A stretch of DNA of 63,692 nucleotides, counting the filler, from Sphacelaria rigidula (Eukaryota): the NCBI GenBank assembly GCA_964200075.2. It is 8 parts of 8 records of this genome, joined end to end, with 100 filler letters (N's around TTAATTAATTAA, not from the genome) between each part and the next. Parts side by side here need not be neighbours in the genome. Positions count along the whole stretch, not along the records: positions 47,845 to 55,718 come from CAXNAA020013149.1; positions 55,819 to 63,692 come from CAXNAA020013150.1; 6 more parts are not named here. One strand, written 5' to 3'. The position numbers and the translations under genes were made by a program. The notes beneath the pieces were generated by a model. It did no database searches. It was not told the origin of the DNA and saw only the letters and a program-made list of their open reading frames with translations. Below are positions 49,015-63,098 of the stretch, in pieces. The stretch's first letter is position 1, and every line of letters begins with the position of its first letter.

Positions 49015-51913
49015 CTATTTGTCCACGTGTGGAGGGGTACTAAAACTCTGTGCAAAGTTCGATGGCAGGGACAAAGCGAGCTTCCGGGAATATAAAGACA
49101 AACTCCGGGAGATCCTGTCCCTCCACCACAATGCGGCTGCAGAAATCCTACAGGGGCGGCCAAGACCCAGATCCACCGTAATCAATAATAACCAATCACC
49201 CTGTGATACGACAATTTCAGTGGCGTGGGATCTCGCAAACAATGATATGTGTACTATTCTGTTTTCTAGCACAAAAAAATCAGCAAACAATCCCGTCAGA
49301 CGTCATATGGGGATAACCCAACAGAATGGGGTCGGGGACGGGCAAGCAGCGTGGGCAGCGCTGCACGACAAATATGACGGCCACAGCAAAGAGGCACGAA
49401 GGGAGTTTCATGACAGACTTCATACTACAACGATGCAATCCGGAGATGATCCGGAAGACTTTCTGTGTGTCATGGACGGCTATTGTGACCGCCTAGATGA
49501 AATGGGACATTATCCTCCGAGCCCTGCCTGCCGAGTACGAAAGATTTCGTATTGCTAGCTGGGAGAGGCGTGATTTTAATTTGGCGGATCTCCGATACAT
49601 GGTCAGCACCACGTATACCGACTATCTCTCTCGCCCAGATGCCATCAACTTGGTCGCAAGCCACGGGGTTGCCATGCAGGCCAGTGTAAGTGGTGATAGC
49701 AGAAGAATCCACAGAACATGAGTTCATTGCGGAAATCGAGGCCACGTTAAAAGAAATTGCCCCGCTCGAAACGCGGCCCAAGCACTGACTGGGGTAGGCA
49801 AGGAAAAGAGGACAAAGGGCAACTGGTTCTCCTTCCACACGTCAACAACCCACAGCGACGAAGAGTGCCGTTTCTTGCAATGGCGCAACCAGCAGGCAGC
49901 AAACAACCAGCAGGCAGCAAACCTCGCGCAGTGGTCGGGTTACCCACCAGTCACCGGTGCCAGGGAGCAGACCCCAGCTATCTCCTTCAATGCCTTAGAA
50001 GCGCTCAGAACACAGAATTCCCAGAAAATGGACAGCTTTTGGCTGCTCGCTCCGACGAACAAGCCCGTTGCTTCATTTGACAGCAGCGAATTCTTCGGTG
50101 CCTTCGAAGGGACGGACGGGGCCGCGGAGGCCGGGAGTCTGGAGGTCCGGCGTAGGACTCACAACATATTGCAGGGAATCAAGGAGGCACTTTCCCCAAT
50201 AGTCCGCGCGTTGGCCATAATAGCCGTGGTTCATTACGTCTGGTAGATGTTTGGGAACTCATTCTACCACCGAGCCACGTCGAACCCTTACGACAACGCT
50301 GAAACATGCGGCGGTATCACCGATGCTGATGATGGTTCGGCTCTCGTGGCGGGGCTCGCTGTCGACAAGTGGAAGGAGGGCAGCAACAGCTCTGTCAGCT
50401 CTGTCAGTGTCATGGTGGACGGTGGCGCGTCGGGACATTACTTTGACGATACCCTCATCACGGGGCTGCGACACAAACTCTACAACTACCAGGAACTGGC
50501 GATCCCGAGTAAGATCATCACCGCAGGGGGGCACCAACTGGCAGGGGTTGGTCAGTGACTGCTCCGTGGACACATCGAAGACGACGAAGAGGTCAAACGC
50601 TTGGTCCAGATTTCGTGTTTGGTCGTCGTGTCTGGCTTGGGACGGGATTTGTTCTCCGTCAAGCAAGCGACACGAAATGGAGTGGTATCCATTTTCGAGA
50701 TGAACAACCCAAGACTGGAAACAAACAACTTCACCGTTCCGTTCCAGGAGCTGAAGAGTGACCTGTACTTCTTTTCTCTAGAAGTAATCAGCGGCAACGA
50801 CGCGCCTGGACTGGCTATGCAAGCTGCAGACGCCGCCACGCTGTGGCATCGGCAGATGGGGCACTTGAACAGAAATAGTTTTAACCTTCTCAAAGCCGTC
50901 GAAAGTAACGGAGTGGACTTCGGTGTATCTGTCCCGGACTGTGGTTTTTGTGCTGTTGGGAAAAGCCACCAACTAGCCCACCCGAAGACAGCCAACAACA
51001 AAGTGCAACGCACCTTCCTAGTGGTTATGACCGTGGGTGGGACCGGCGGCGTTCGGGTCGAACGACTCAGGGCAGACAAAGGGATTGAGTTTATTGGCAA
51101 CGATTTCAGGATGTACTACCGACAGACAGGCATATTGCTAGAGTTTGTGAGCACCAATACACCACAACAAATCGGCCTGTCAGAACGCGTACCGTAGGGA
51201 CGACGCTTGCAGCCATGGTCCGGTGCATGCTTGCCGACAGCGGTTTACCGACTTTTCCCTGGGGGGAATCAATGCTCAGGACATCCTACCTTGCGAACAG
51301 AGCACTGCACTCCGCGCTAAGCATGCAGTATCCGCACAAGATGCTGCAGGGGAGAAAATCAGATCGAAGACATCCTCGAGTCATTGGGGCCAAGGCCTTC
51401 GTCCACACCAATGGGGGCACTCACAAACTATCTCCCGAGGCAGTCGGAGGACAATGGGTTAGGTATGGCAATAATAGCAAGCGTTATCGCGTCTACATTA
51501 CACACCCTTCACTGCCCAACGACGACGAGCCTGGCGACAGTCAGGGTCACAACCACGCCCCTAACGACGCCTTCATACGCGACCTTCGCAATCATACTTC
51601 TGTATTAATTCATCCGGCTCATGTCTTTGCCGACCATGCCACTGCCAGCGGGGGCTCTAGAAACTCACAAGAAGGCGAGCTTCCGGGGAGAATCAGCGCC
51701 ATCACCAGGCGAGGTATGCACGACGGTGCCCCGACCCGTGGAGGGAGGCTTCCGCACGATGGTCTTCCACAGGGTGGCACACTGCCGGAGCCAGTAGTGA
51801 TACACCCGCGGGACGGATTTGGCGAACACATGGTGACACAGCTCGCAGAATCATCGCTACTCCGTTATCATCGATGCTCGTTTCATGCACGCATGGCAGC
51901 CCGCAACTACAGG

Positions 51914-51914
51914 C

Positions 51915-52011
<97 letters not shown>

Positions 52012-52134
52012 TCAAGACCAACAACATCAACATCACCATTACCAACACCACTATCATCATTGCCATCATATCAACAACGAGAACAACTACTACGACTACT
52101 ATGACTACTGCTGCTACTGCTGCTACTGCTACTG

Positions 52135-52172
<38 letters not shown>

Positions 52173-52173
52173 A
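51914..52173. repeat. (CAA)n microsatellite grading into (CAT)/(CTA)/(CTG) repeats inside copia pol
   Basis: Seen directly. Confidence 0.95.
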
Positions 52174-53384
52174 CAAGGATCGAGTCGGCATGCTGGACGG
52201 GAAACAAGTCCCGGGCTTCAGTTGCGGCAGTTATTCCGATCTGCAGGATCCAGGGTATTCGCATGACGTCGGTAATAGTTGGGGGGTACAACCTGGAGCG
52301 GTGGCAGACTGACTCCAAGGTGCTCGGAAGGATCAATCAGAAACTAATGGGGCGTTTTTATATGACGGGCATGGGAGATGTATCGTTAGTGCTAGGAATG
52401 GAGCTTGTTCATGACCGTAATAGCAAGATAGTCAACACCAGCCAAACAAATAACATCAAGTCTCTCCAAGAACGGTGCGAGATGGCGAACTACAACCCGG
52501 CGTGCACTCCTGGGGTGGGACAAGAACCGTCACTGGACTAGCCGAGGAACAAAATACTAAACGAGGAGGGCAAACAGCGCTTCCAGGCTATGACAGGCAG
52601 TGTGATGTATCTCGCTCAAGCGACCTGCTACGATATTGAGTACGGCGTGAATCAACTGGCTCGGGCGATGTCCAAACCGTCGAAGGCGCATGTGGCAGCT
52701 GCAAAACACTTACTTCGATATTTGGCCGGCATTAAGGGCCATGGCATCACCTACAACCAGGGCGGTTTCCAATTGACGGCTTTCTCAGAGGCGAACTGGG
52801 GCAACAACCCGGACAACGGGAAATCAACATCATCATATCTCCTCTTTCGCTTCAATGACCTTATCAGTTTTAAGGTAGGACTACAAGGATCGACGTCGCA
52901 ATCGACCGCGAAAGCAGAACTCGTGGCCGCTGCACTCACCATGAAGGAGATCATACTTTGCTCGAACATGATGCTGGAGATGAGATTTGGCACACGCTTC
53001 GATTCCGCCCCCGTCTACATCGACAACACTTGAACTCTCCACGTCGCAGGCAATCGAACCTACAGCTCGAGAGTCAAGCACGTAGCTCTACGGTACTTCT
53101 TCATTCAGGAACTAGCCAAGGAGGGAAGGATCGACATTCGTTACATGAAGACCGAAGACCAACTCGCCGACATAGGAGCCAAGTACCTCAGCAGACAAAG
53201 GCACTGCCATCTCGTCAAGCTGATCAACACATTCAAACTCTGATTCCGTCGGGCTGTGGGGCCCGTTCTTTTTTCGACCTTGAGTGCCAGGACGGTTGTA
53301 TCGAGCTGGGTGGTTGGAACTACTATGTGTTTGTATTGAGGGGGAGTATGAGGGAGTAAGATCTGTACTTGCGTTGAGGGCTAG

Positions 53385-54416
53385 TGTTAGAAAATGAGAC
53401 AGGGGGGCTTACTCTCGTCAACGCTGCGTATGGTATTGTATTTGTATGGAGGGATTGTGTGAGTCGCCGGTACTGCTTACGATAGTTTGGCCTGATATGG
53501 AGCGTAGCAAGAGTCGGGTTGCCCTCACTCTTCTTTGTTGACCGTTCAAAACGGTGAGTTGTTTGGGCAGTCTTGCCCGCGAGCGGCACCTTGAACACCA
53601 TCTCCTGTCTACACTCCAAGACAACTTGTTGAAAATATTTGTGGCTCGTGGTGTTAGGTACTGTTCTCGAAACAGACCGACTACCGTCGCAGAGACAGTA
53701 GTATAGCAGAGGTTGCACAGTAGTAGTCAAACTACTTGCTTCTGCAGCAGACAGAAAGTCCAAGGACAAAAATGGTGTTCGGGGCTCTTCGCGTCGGCCG
53801 AACAAAATCAAGCAGCCTCTTTTGCAAGCAGAGTGCTCGGGAAATGAACAAAAGCTGGGTAAGCTTGGTAAGCTTGGGAGAGTGATTGCAAGGGCGATAG
53901 GAACCACCGATTACAAACATGCTCAATCCTGGAAGCAGTATCAAACACTCTACATGCACGTAGGGTCTAATCGTATCATTCAATTCAACCTCGCTACTGG
54001 TGACGCAATAGCCTTGCCAGCTTGGATTAAGTGCAAAGTTACACACAATATACCCCGTAGCTTACGTGGCCTACACTCTGCTAGAGTATCTTTCATCGAC
54101 AAATCGTGGCAACACGCCTACTCCAACAATACCCTATACTTGAAGCGTCATTCAAACTGGTAAGCTATAAATCAACACAAAAGAGGTACTCTCCGTGAAA
54201 CGGATACTGATGAAACGGTCTTACATAGTTCGTTGTTTCGTTGAACCGTAACAAATTGTACCGCTATCTTTTGTTGCAACGACTTCATTCAAACACAATG
54301 AATGTATACAGCGTCGTCTAGATTTTTGCAACACTTGTCTGCTTGCTTGGCTCAAGTGCCATTGCGTCAACTCTGGCGATCACGTCAAAGGGGTCCTAGC
54401 GACACCTTTTCTACCA
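53385..54416 (+). repeat. Copia 3' LTR, split by a nested insertion
   Basis: TGTTAGAAAAT...TTTTCTACCA; halves 53385-53629 and 54334-54416 align contiguously with the LTR at 26086-26418. Confidence 0.88.
53627..54333. mobile_element. Solo LTR (~0.7 kb) of another family nested in the copia LTR
   Basis: TGTTGAAAAT...TTTTGCAACA termini; CTTGT on both sides as a 5-bp TSD (left copy overlaps the TGT start). Confidence 0.78.
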
Positions 54417-55718
54417 GTAGAACCAAGCCTACAAAGGGAAGGTCCAGAAACGTACGGACTTTCAAGTGTGACCGGCGGTGAAAGAGCTTCTGAACTCAAA
54501 CCCTGTGCCCGAGAGTTATTAAAGTTGTCTCCCAGTAGCTACCCTCCTCTCTAACGCTTTATACTCTCCTCAAGACGGCGATCTTAGTGGTCACCGAGAT
54601 GAACTGCTTAACGCGTTCGGAGAACCCCTGATACGGTAGCCCCTCTCCCCGCTTGGTCTCCCACCATGCAGGTATCTACCTGGTCGAGTTTGAAGCCATG
54701 CTGGTTGAAAGTTACGTGTCCTTGACAGGCGCAGTGTGCACCCTTTCACGTCTCGAGGTTGCGGTTGCAGAGCTGTCCTGGGTAGTGCCCCTGCGCCGAA
54801 GAAAGGTGTCTCGCTGACTGGAGGTCGGAGTGTGTCCCACGGAAAAGGCGGCTCTTTCCCCGCTAGTTGTGTTGTGTCCCTGAGTTCTTCCGCCGGGGAG
54901 ACTTTGTTCATCCGGTGGTCCCTATTTACCGCAACGAGGTCTATGTTTTCCACGCTCGTCTTGATTCCCTGTGGCTGTAAAGGCGCCATGAGTTCGTGGA
55001 CCAACGACTTGTGTTGGTTCACTTGGCTCCCGTTCTGTGACGGATGCGCGCGTGGCGGATGATGGAGCTCATCGCTCTGCATGCCGGACGTCTTGTGACC
55101 GAATAAGACACGATATCGAGGAACCTCTGCTTCACAGGTACAAGTTCTGATGAAGAGATTGACGTGGCGGGATCATGTGATTGCGCTTCCTGCGCTGCCA
55201 GCGCCCCATTCCCCGACATGCTGCGGTAACGAGCTTTTGTCTCTTAGGCCGTGTCGCCTCCACCAAGCGTGTTGTCCGTGACAGGTGGTCGACCAGCCAG
55301 AGGTGAGCTGTTCAACTGTTGAAGCAGGGTCGCTGCGTTGCCTTATGAGTATGATGGTCCGCCTTGCTCCGTTGTCGGCGGGATCTAGGATCGGCCGTTG
55401 CATCGTGTCCACCGAGTAGGTGGACGTTTGTTTGGTGCAGGTAGCGTTGAGCGGTTTTGCCCGCACTAATTCTTACGTGGATGTGTATCCTACAGTCAGG
55501 GATTTGTACCTCGGCTGAGGGATCGGGTACAGATAACGAAATACAGGTACTGTTGAAATGAACAATGGGTTACATATGGCGGGGTATCGGAGTATTTCTA
55601 GCAATAGCGTAGTATGATAGTTCCGTCACGGACACCATACCGCGTCATAGAAACTGTCGCGTCACGCATATATAATTTGGAGGGGGGGGGGGGGGGTTCG
55701 CATGATCATGCCTGCCAT

Positions 55719-55818
55719 NNNNNNNNNNNNNNNNNNNNNNNNNNNNNNNNNNNNNNNNNNNNTTAATTAATTAANNNNNNNNNNNNNNNNNNNNNNNNNN
55801 NNNNNNNNNNNNNNNNNN
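55719..55818. other. Artificial contig spacer
   Basis: N/TTAATTAATTAA/N, 100 bp. Confidence 0.98.
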
Positions 55819-58609
55819 GGGGAAAGCACTGTTTTAGGCTTGAACCTCATCTCGGAGTTAAACCTCAATTCGCACAATTTGTTGTTATTTTCTACTCTAT
55901 TTTCGGCGGTTGAATACCTCAGATATAGTGCCTGTTTCAAAAAGCCAGATATTTTCGATAGTCGATACTCCAGCACACACCAGAATAGTCATCAGAATTC
56001 ACGGCATTTGGGTGCTTCATACCGTTTACTTTTATTTCGACGTCCGAAGTAGGACTCATCAACCAATATTTTTCTGTAGTCGGGTACGCTACCGTGAGTA
56101 CTCAAGGCACTCTTCAAATCCAGAGTGACTGAAGTATATCGTTCTCGTGCAACTTTGAAATACGTCGACGGGATGCTGTACTAACCAGAGCTTTCCGCGA
56201 AGTGGCCTCGGCCACTATCGATGAAATCGACGTTGTTCTAGGTCCATCTCATCATCACTCAAACGTCATAAAAAAAACATGATACTACATGTCAAGTGCG
56301 TGCGCCAGGTAATGTCACAACAACAAGGCAGTTCAATACAGTGATGCGATGAAGAACGATACCATCATGTACTAAATGAAGCATAGTTACCACTGGCGGA
56401 GGGCGGGGGTGCTGAGACTGTGTGGGACATGCCGTGTCTCTAAAATTTCCAACGATGCATCAACCGTACAGAAGGAAGCCAACACGGTCAAACAAATCAA
56501 AGTCGAAATACAGCAAGAATTACTCCCGCGATTTTCGAATAAAACAAAACCAACATGCTGACCTCCAAGCAGTATGTCGGAGATCTCCACCATAGGACCA
56601 TTCACCCAAAAGAAACAAAACCAAGCCGCCATACATCCACATCGGTATGTAAACAAGGACAAAGGTGGACAACTCGGCTGAGTCAAAACGTTGAAATCGC
56701 ACAAAAACGGAAACAAAACATCAAATAAACGACCAAAGTGATGGTAAGACCGTCCGTACAGCGTGTGCTTATGTTCGGGATCTTCCTAACTGGGCGTTTT
56801 TTCATTATTTCTTCAACCTTCGCCCCAAGAGTTGTACTTTCTTTCCGGATTTTCCCAAGGAAAATAAATCCGAAGAAAAAATCCGACGCCATACTTTCGT
56901 ATGGTGATGGTTAGAACGGATGGTCCGATGACAAATTAAGCCGGTGCCTCGAAACTTGGTACCAACAGGCATGTCAAGTATATGCTGACACACAAATCAG
57001 AAGACACCCGATGCGTGCTACGAGTGGCCAAGCCTGGGAAATATGATATCGTGGGTGGTCACTCGGAGGGGTGTTCCGAGATAACGAATGAAGTAGTTCC
57101 TCGTGGTTTGGGTGTCGGTATCCAGCAAAACTTTCTGTCCGTCAGTCGCCCACCCAATAAATAATCAACCGTTGACCGCAGTTCTCAAAATTCATCTTCA
57201 CCTCGTTCACTGAATACGAAAACAGGGTAATGAGCACTCCGGAAACACTAAATTGAAATATTCACGCAACCCTCAGACTACCGGGTACGTCCGACAAACA
57301 AATCTCGCTTCAAGACGTTGACAAAATCATCTCCCACAAGCCGCCAAACCACCGAGACGGCTACTACGCTGGCGATCTAGATCCTGGATTTCACATCACT
57401 CCACCATGGACATTCTCGGGCGCCGAGAAGCATGTTGCAACAGCTCCACAAGCCCAATGCGGACACGCCAAAAAACGCTGGGGCGTTCCACAGAACAACT
57501 ACACGACAGCAATTCGACGTGAATACTGTAACAACATGTTCGAATAGATTCATCGTCACTCAGAATGCTGTTTGTGGACGCCCCACTCGTGTACACCGCA
57601 GCACAACCAACATCACATTCTCACCACCACAAGTCACTTCCCATCCCTAGCTACACCTTAGGTACACGCATCGCACAGCGGCTCATGCTTTTTCTTACAC
57701 TACGATTGCAACGCGGTGGTTGCTCGCTGAGAACCTCAACATCCCCACTACGTGACGAGAGATTAACCTTACCGATGATGTCACGCTGCTACAATCACGA
57801 ATAAACTTGTCGTCCCGAATCTTCGCTCGCTACACAGCGCAACACACGATCATCTCCAATATTGTGCACGACAGCACCTTGAGCCGACAGCTGCGTGCCA
57901 GACAAGCACCCATATTTCACATGCAGCGCACAGCGGCAGGTTTGAGTTGACAGGTACAAATCTCAAAACCTACGGTCAACAAGCTTGAAGTAGCGTCAAC
58001 GACCTTGGAAAGCCTGAAATACCGGCTATACGCCTGGTATGGCATCTACAGGCCTGGACCGAAGCTTGCACGTTCGACAGGACAATCACACACCGCCACA
58101 GGGTCATACTCCATAGTGACAGCGACAGCCGCTGCGACGTCCGACGTCAACCAACGAAAAGAGACGAACCGAACAAACCCTCCCGATAGGATAAGATAGC
58201 CTCCACAGGTACACGTGACCCGACCCGACCATACCATCCCATTAGTTTCCAACCGCATCCGCCATCCTTTCTGCGCTTTCGTCAACAGATGTTACCCACA
58301 ACACACGATAGCATGTGACTATGGAGGCGGTCCCCACTGCGGCTGTCGTGACGCCAGATGCACGGTGTATGTGTAACCCACGGCACCGACAAGCACCGCC
58401 GTGGACAGCAAGGTAGTTGGTGAAGGAACAACCTGGCATCGTATCGTCACGAGATTCCAGCACAAGGGGTATAGGCAGAACGGGGAAGACCGAACAACAG
58501 GACGGAGGCGTAGACGGACAAGTGAAGACAGCGACGAAAATACGGAAGACACTCAGCGTATGTGGAGGGATGGAAGGATGACCTGTAATGCTGCTCGATA
58601 ATAACGCTT

Positions 58610-58870
58610 TAGACAGTCAAGTAGCAGGTTCGATTCCTGACAAACGCGATCGGTTTGGATTTTCTTCTCTGATTTTTTTTCGTCGTTGAAAGCACAGCAT
58701 GAAGACGTGACTAGCAACAAAAAAGGGTGCTTGATCGACTATGTTTGACAAGGGCCAACGCAGTGCGGCAGTGCTGGTCATGATCCAAATCCGCGATACC
58801 AAAATGTAAGGCGTGTAGCGGGCGAGAGGTGGGTTACCGAACGTTCCGCGGACCGGGAGGGATTCGAAGA
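58610..58870 (+). mobile_element. tRNA-derived SINE, second diverged copy
   Basis: B box GGTTCGATTCC at ~58627; AATCCGCGATACCAAAATGTAAGGCGTGTAGCG matches the reverse complement of 43465-43500. Confidence 0.7.
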
Positions 58871-61843
58871 GTGATGAGAATAAAACCAAGAAAAAGGGAG
58901 TCTCGGGTAACGCACAGCGTCACACCGGTTGTGGGGTATGCGATGGGCCGGAGAGATGGGAGGGCTGCCAGTTGATAACACTGCAACAGCTTGAAAGGAA
59001 AGTGTAGGAGTAAGGAAAAAAAGGGGGGTACTTGATCAGTAGCACAAAACATTAGTCGATAGAGCGTCAGACGCTGCAAGCTCTGGGATTGAGCCCAGCA
59101 AGAGAATGTGTGAAAATGAATGCTGGAGTGTAAGCTTGGCACGGAGACAGGTGTAACCATTGCCAAAAATGAATCATGGCGCGAAATACGACAAGTTAAA
59201 AGAGGACACAGGGGTGGTTGCGCCGTTCGTCTCCAAGACAAACGACCGTGGCAAGAGGTGATACCGAGCCAAACCGAGAAAATATGATACACCGAAGCAT
59301 ATCCGACAACACTGGGGATCGGGTATGACGGGTGCGAAGGCAAAAAGTGCAAGGTATGACGAATTGCCTGCATGATCAGTGTTGTTCCTTTTCAATGTTA
59401 TGGAGGCATTGTACTGAAATTGTAATTCATCATCCGCGGCGTCAATCGAAGACGGTCATACTGTAAGGCCTCAAATATGCTGAGACTAAAAAGGGACGTC
59501 CTTGGAAGAGAGGTCTCCACATCAGCACGGATACCTGGTGCTACAGACCAGCTTTCACGTGTTTGACAGCCGGATGGGAAAGGATGCCTATCACCACGAA
59601 TGCAGAAAGCGTTTATTGTACGATATGTATCCGCGCAATTGTAAGTTGACACTGTGTGTTCCTAGTGCCAATACAACGCGTACTGTAGAACTGACTGTAC
59701 GATGCGAGCCACGCTTCAAAAGGGCTAGAATACCCGCGATCCATTCGTGAAAAAAAACAAATTGCAACTCGCTCTCTGTTCTATTATGGAACCAAGTAAA
59801 AACTCTGTACAAGGGTGATCACCCGCCTGCCAGAGAAAGGCAAATATCTTCACTTGGGAGCACACCACGGAATAATTTCTGATTGATTCTGATAAAAGAA
59901 AACTACAGCAACTGCCTCTGTCTTTTTCAGATCGTCGTGGTAACGCCCAAGCTAGGTCTGGTACTGTGAGGGAGGAGATGTTGCCCCCTGCCCGAGCAGG
60001 TCCACAGTGGTCCTTAACAGAAAACACTCATCTCCTTGGCTGCGTTGTGGGGCCGCGCGTCTTGCTCGGCACGGCGTATAAAACTCAGGGGCATCTGCCT
60101 CTAACATATGGAGAACCTAAACTAGCGGTTTTCTCCGGCCTTGGTGCCAGCCTCGACCAACAGGGAGGCAATGTAAACAACAAGGATGGCAAGATCTACT
60201 CCTGTCTCCGCGCGGATTTCATACCGTTACCCTCTAGAACTGTCATCAGAAAGTGTTCTTGTTTNNNNNNNNNNCGCAGCGCACAAAACGCCTTGGGTCA
60301 CTGAAACTGCTGCGTCAACACCTACCTGCGGCTTCAGTCCACACATACGTCAAGTTTCAGTGTCATCAGACGCCTGGTGTACTGTGTTGGGACGCCTAAT
60401 CTCCAAAAATACCGCTTCCATAATATTGAAAAGGAATAACACTATGATAGGCTGAACCAAGCATGTGAGGAGAAAAAACGACTTCACACCTGTAACTATT
60501 TGTACAGAGGAACAGCACCTAGAAGGAAGCATGGATCAAAGAATCAAAGTGGAGAAACCACAGGACATATCCGAGAAGAAAGCAAAGCACAGCCCGTCGT
60601 TGGGCTAATATAAAATTCATATCCTGAGGTTTCTCCGCCGTTGAGACAGTGTACTCGCAAATAGTATGGTTTGCAAATACCTTCTACGGCTAGGGCAGTG
60701 AAACTCAAGCCGCCCGAGAGCCTCCCCCTCCAACGCACACACACGTGCACACCCCCCGCTGGGGGCCCGGAAAAAATACATTTTTCTTCTGGACGAATCT
60801 GACGACTTGACGGCATATTTTGGGGGCTTCATGTATCGTGACAACATGCAAGGCAATTGTAACTAGCGATCAAGGTAAACAGCACTTCCCATCGTGTTTG
60901 GGAAAGGGATGAATACTTCATTTATTGTTCACACCATATATCGATGTTTCTCAGGTGCATCGCCATTCGTGTGTAACAGGCCAGAAGGGTAGATAAAACC
61001 CGTGCATCATGTTTGTTTGTTTGTTTGTTTTTTGGGGGGGGATTCATTTGATTCCCGGGTAAGGAACGATCTTAGTTCTTCATTATTCTCATATTTCAAG
61101 TATTCCGAAAAACACTTACACATTATCCAGGCGCGTTGCCATCTGCACAGTACAGGCCAAACGGTGGATACCGCCCCCTAATTCACGGTAGAAACCCAAA
61201 CCACCTCATGGAGACAGCTGTGTTCTCATCCACTGCGCCACAATGCACCCTCCGCCCAATCCGACTCCACCAATGTTTCTTATATACTATACTATTCTAC
61301 GCGATCTCTCAAAGTTTGGGCTCTTGATGAGTGCTTCCACGTATTCAAGCTGAAAATATCAAAAACGTGGCCCGGGTTACCGCTGATGTGGTCTACAGTG
61401 CTACGCGTTACTTTCCTTCTAGTCCCGTGGCTTCAGCGCTGCAGCTCTGGAGACGGCGACTACAAAAAGCGCACGGTAGGTCGAAAGCACCGCACACAAC
61501 AGCGTTCGCTTGGCATTTGCCTCTCTCACGCTTATTCCGCCATGGTTTGTATTCTGCAGGACCCATCCTCACATCAAAGTGTTTAATCTTCAACCTAACG
61601 GAGGTGGGAAGATACTGCCGTACATCTCCGCAAAAATCACCACAATAATCACGAAATATTCATAGTGAAATGCAGCGATGCCTTCGGAGTTTCCTACATG
61701 GAGCCGCATGCTACGGACGGTGTATCGAGTCAGCTTTGATATTGGTTACTGTAATATTTGACGCAAAGCACGTATATTTCAGAAGCCTCCAGAAATTCTT
61801 CAACCCATCGTCTGCGATGCATGCTGTTCATGTCTGTAGTCAC

Positions 61844-62038
61844 CTTCCAGTTTCGCTCTCGCAATCGAACTCGGGACATGATCTTAGCCAGTAAACTCCG
61901 CGGCCTTCCCACCGCCGTCTGCAGCTTCTCACTCCTGACATTGGTGTAGGCCACAAGCATCTCCTCCGGGTTCTCGGCGCCGGCCAGCCTCGCCGCTCTC
62001 CGCCACTGCTTCGCCGCCTTGGTAATGCGCCGCTTGCC
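61844..62038 (-). CDS. TBC1D20/Gyp8-like gene, downstream exon
   Basis: CAG|GKRRITKAAKQWRRAARL...RLRERNWK|GTGACT; 195 nt, phase 0/0. Confidence 0.7.
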
Positions 62039-62749
62039 CTGCAATTTCCGTTGGTTTAATTCGTGCGACAAGGTCGACAGCACGGGATACGACGCGTGAT
62101 TTTGTCGCAACATGAGCTACTGAGACACGTCTTCATGCCGGAGCTGCTGTGCCACTGCTTCACACCCCTGTAGCTCACGCATTGTTAGCCCTCACGCTAA
62201 TTCGCGTGTGGACGGTGCGAGGTGCGAGGTGCGAGGTGCAACAGACTCACGGGTCCCTTCACGTGTTTGTCAGTGTTGCAACATCACATAGACCCTGTGT
62301 TGGATCGCCGCCTCCCCTGCCCCCGACCCGACCCCACCCGCCTCGCTCCAAGAAATATTCAATACCAGACACAGTGCAGACCGTCTCTCTCCACGGCTGC
62401 GGCAAACACATACAGATTTCATTTTCCGGCACTAGCACTATCCCCTATCCACCAGTGCGCAATATTTTGTCAACCTTATGATTACTTTCCAAGCAAATCT
62501 CCGCCCCCCTTTCACGTGCATGTAGCCCATCGGGAAAATGGGCGAGGCTTTTTTCAGCAAGGTGATGTGATGCACAGTGCTCAATGCTGCGTATGGCGAC
62601 ATTCGCCACAATTTGGCGGGGAGGCAAAAACGCCGCCAGGAGGTCCAGACTCCAAACATCGACGCGAAAAGAAGACAACGCTTACAACGGGGGAAAGGGA
62701 ATGGTGTACTTAAACCTCTCGAAATCTACACTCTCGGCGTAATAATCAC

Positions 62750-62837
62750 CTCCTTTTCTCGGCGCCTCTCGAGCAAGATCCAGTCGGGCAGGCTCGTACC
62801 GGTGAACCACGGCGGCGGGAACTCCAAAGACGTCACG
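62750..62837 (-). CDS. TBC1D20/Gyp8-like gene, middle exon
   Basis: TTTCAG|(G)VTSLEFPPPWFTGTSLPDWILLERRREKE|GTGATT; phase 2/0 links both neighbours. Confidence 0.7.
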
Positions 62838-63098
62838 CTGAAACATCGTCCAAAATAAGACAATGGGAAACGGCATCCTCAGCTCACAAGAGTGCAGCAA
62901 ATCAAGACTGTAAAAGGCGAACCTCCTATGCCCAGTAGCGACCAAAGGTAAAACCTGGCAAGATCGTCCGTCCGCCGCGAGTTGCACACACACCCACATC
63001 AACTCCGGTCTACCCAGGCAAATCTAGCACCCACTGATCCCCGACTCCAACCTCCCACCCGATAACCGCGACACCGAAAAATACAACCAAGCGCTCAC

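Larger units (their letters stand above)
49019..54416 (+). mobile_element. Decayed Ty1/copia LTR retrotransposon (gag-PR-INT-partial RT-RNase H, 3' LTR; 5' LTR absent)
   Basis: gag (KFDG...AAWAALHDKY...GDDPEDF); zinc knuckle HCGNRGHVKRNC; protease VDGGASGHY; LWHRQMGH; integrase RLRADKGIEF...TPQQIGLSER; RT C-terminal part; RNase H (ANWGNNPDNGKSTS...KHVALRYFFIQE...QLADI); polypurine tract at ~53338; stops and frameshifts. Confidence 0.95.

Noticed and set aside
51857-52541. Poly-Q/N/T/L ORFs (also at 15897-16423 and 35599-35996)
   Set aside because: Translations of trinucleotide microsatellites.
54591-55466. 163-aa and adjacent minus-strand ORFs next to the copia LTR
   Set aside because: No recognisable motif or splice structure; possibly a decayed retroelement, but not supportable.
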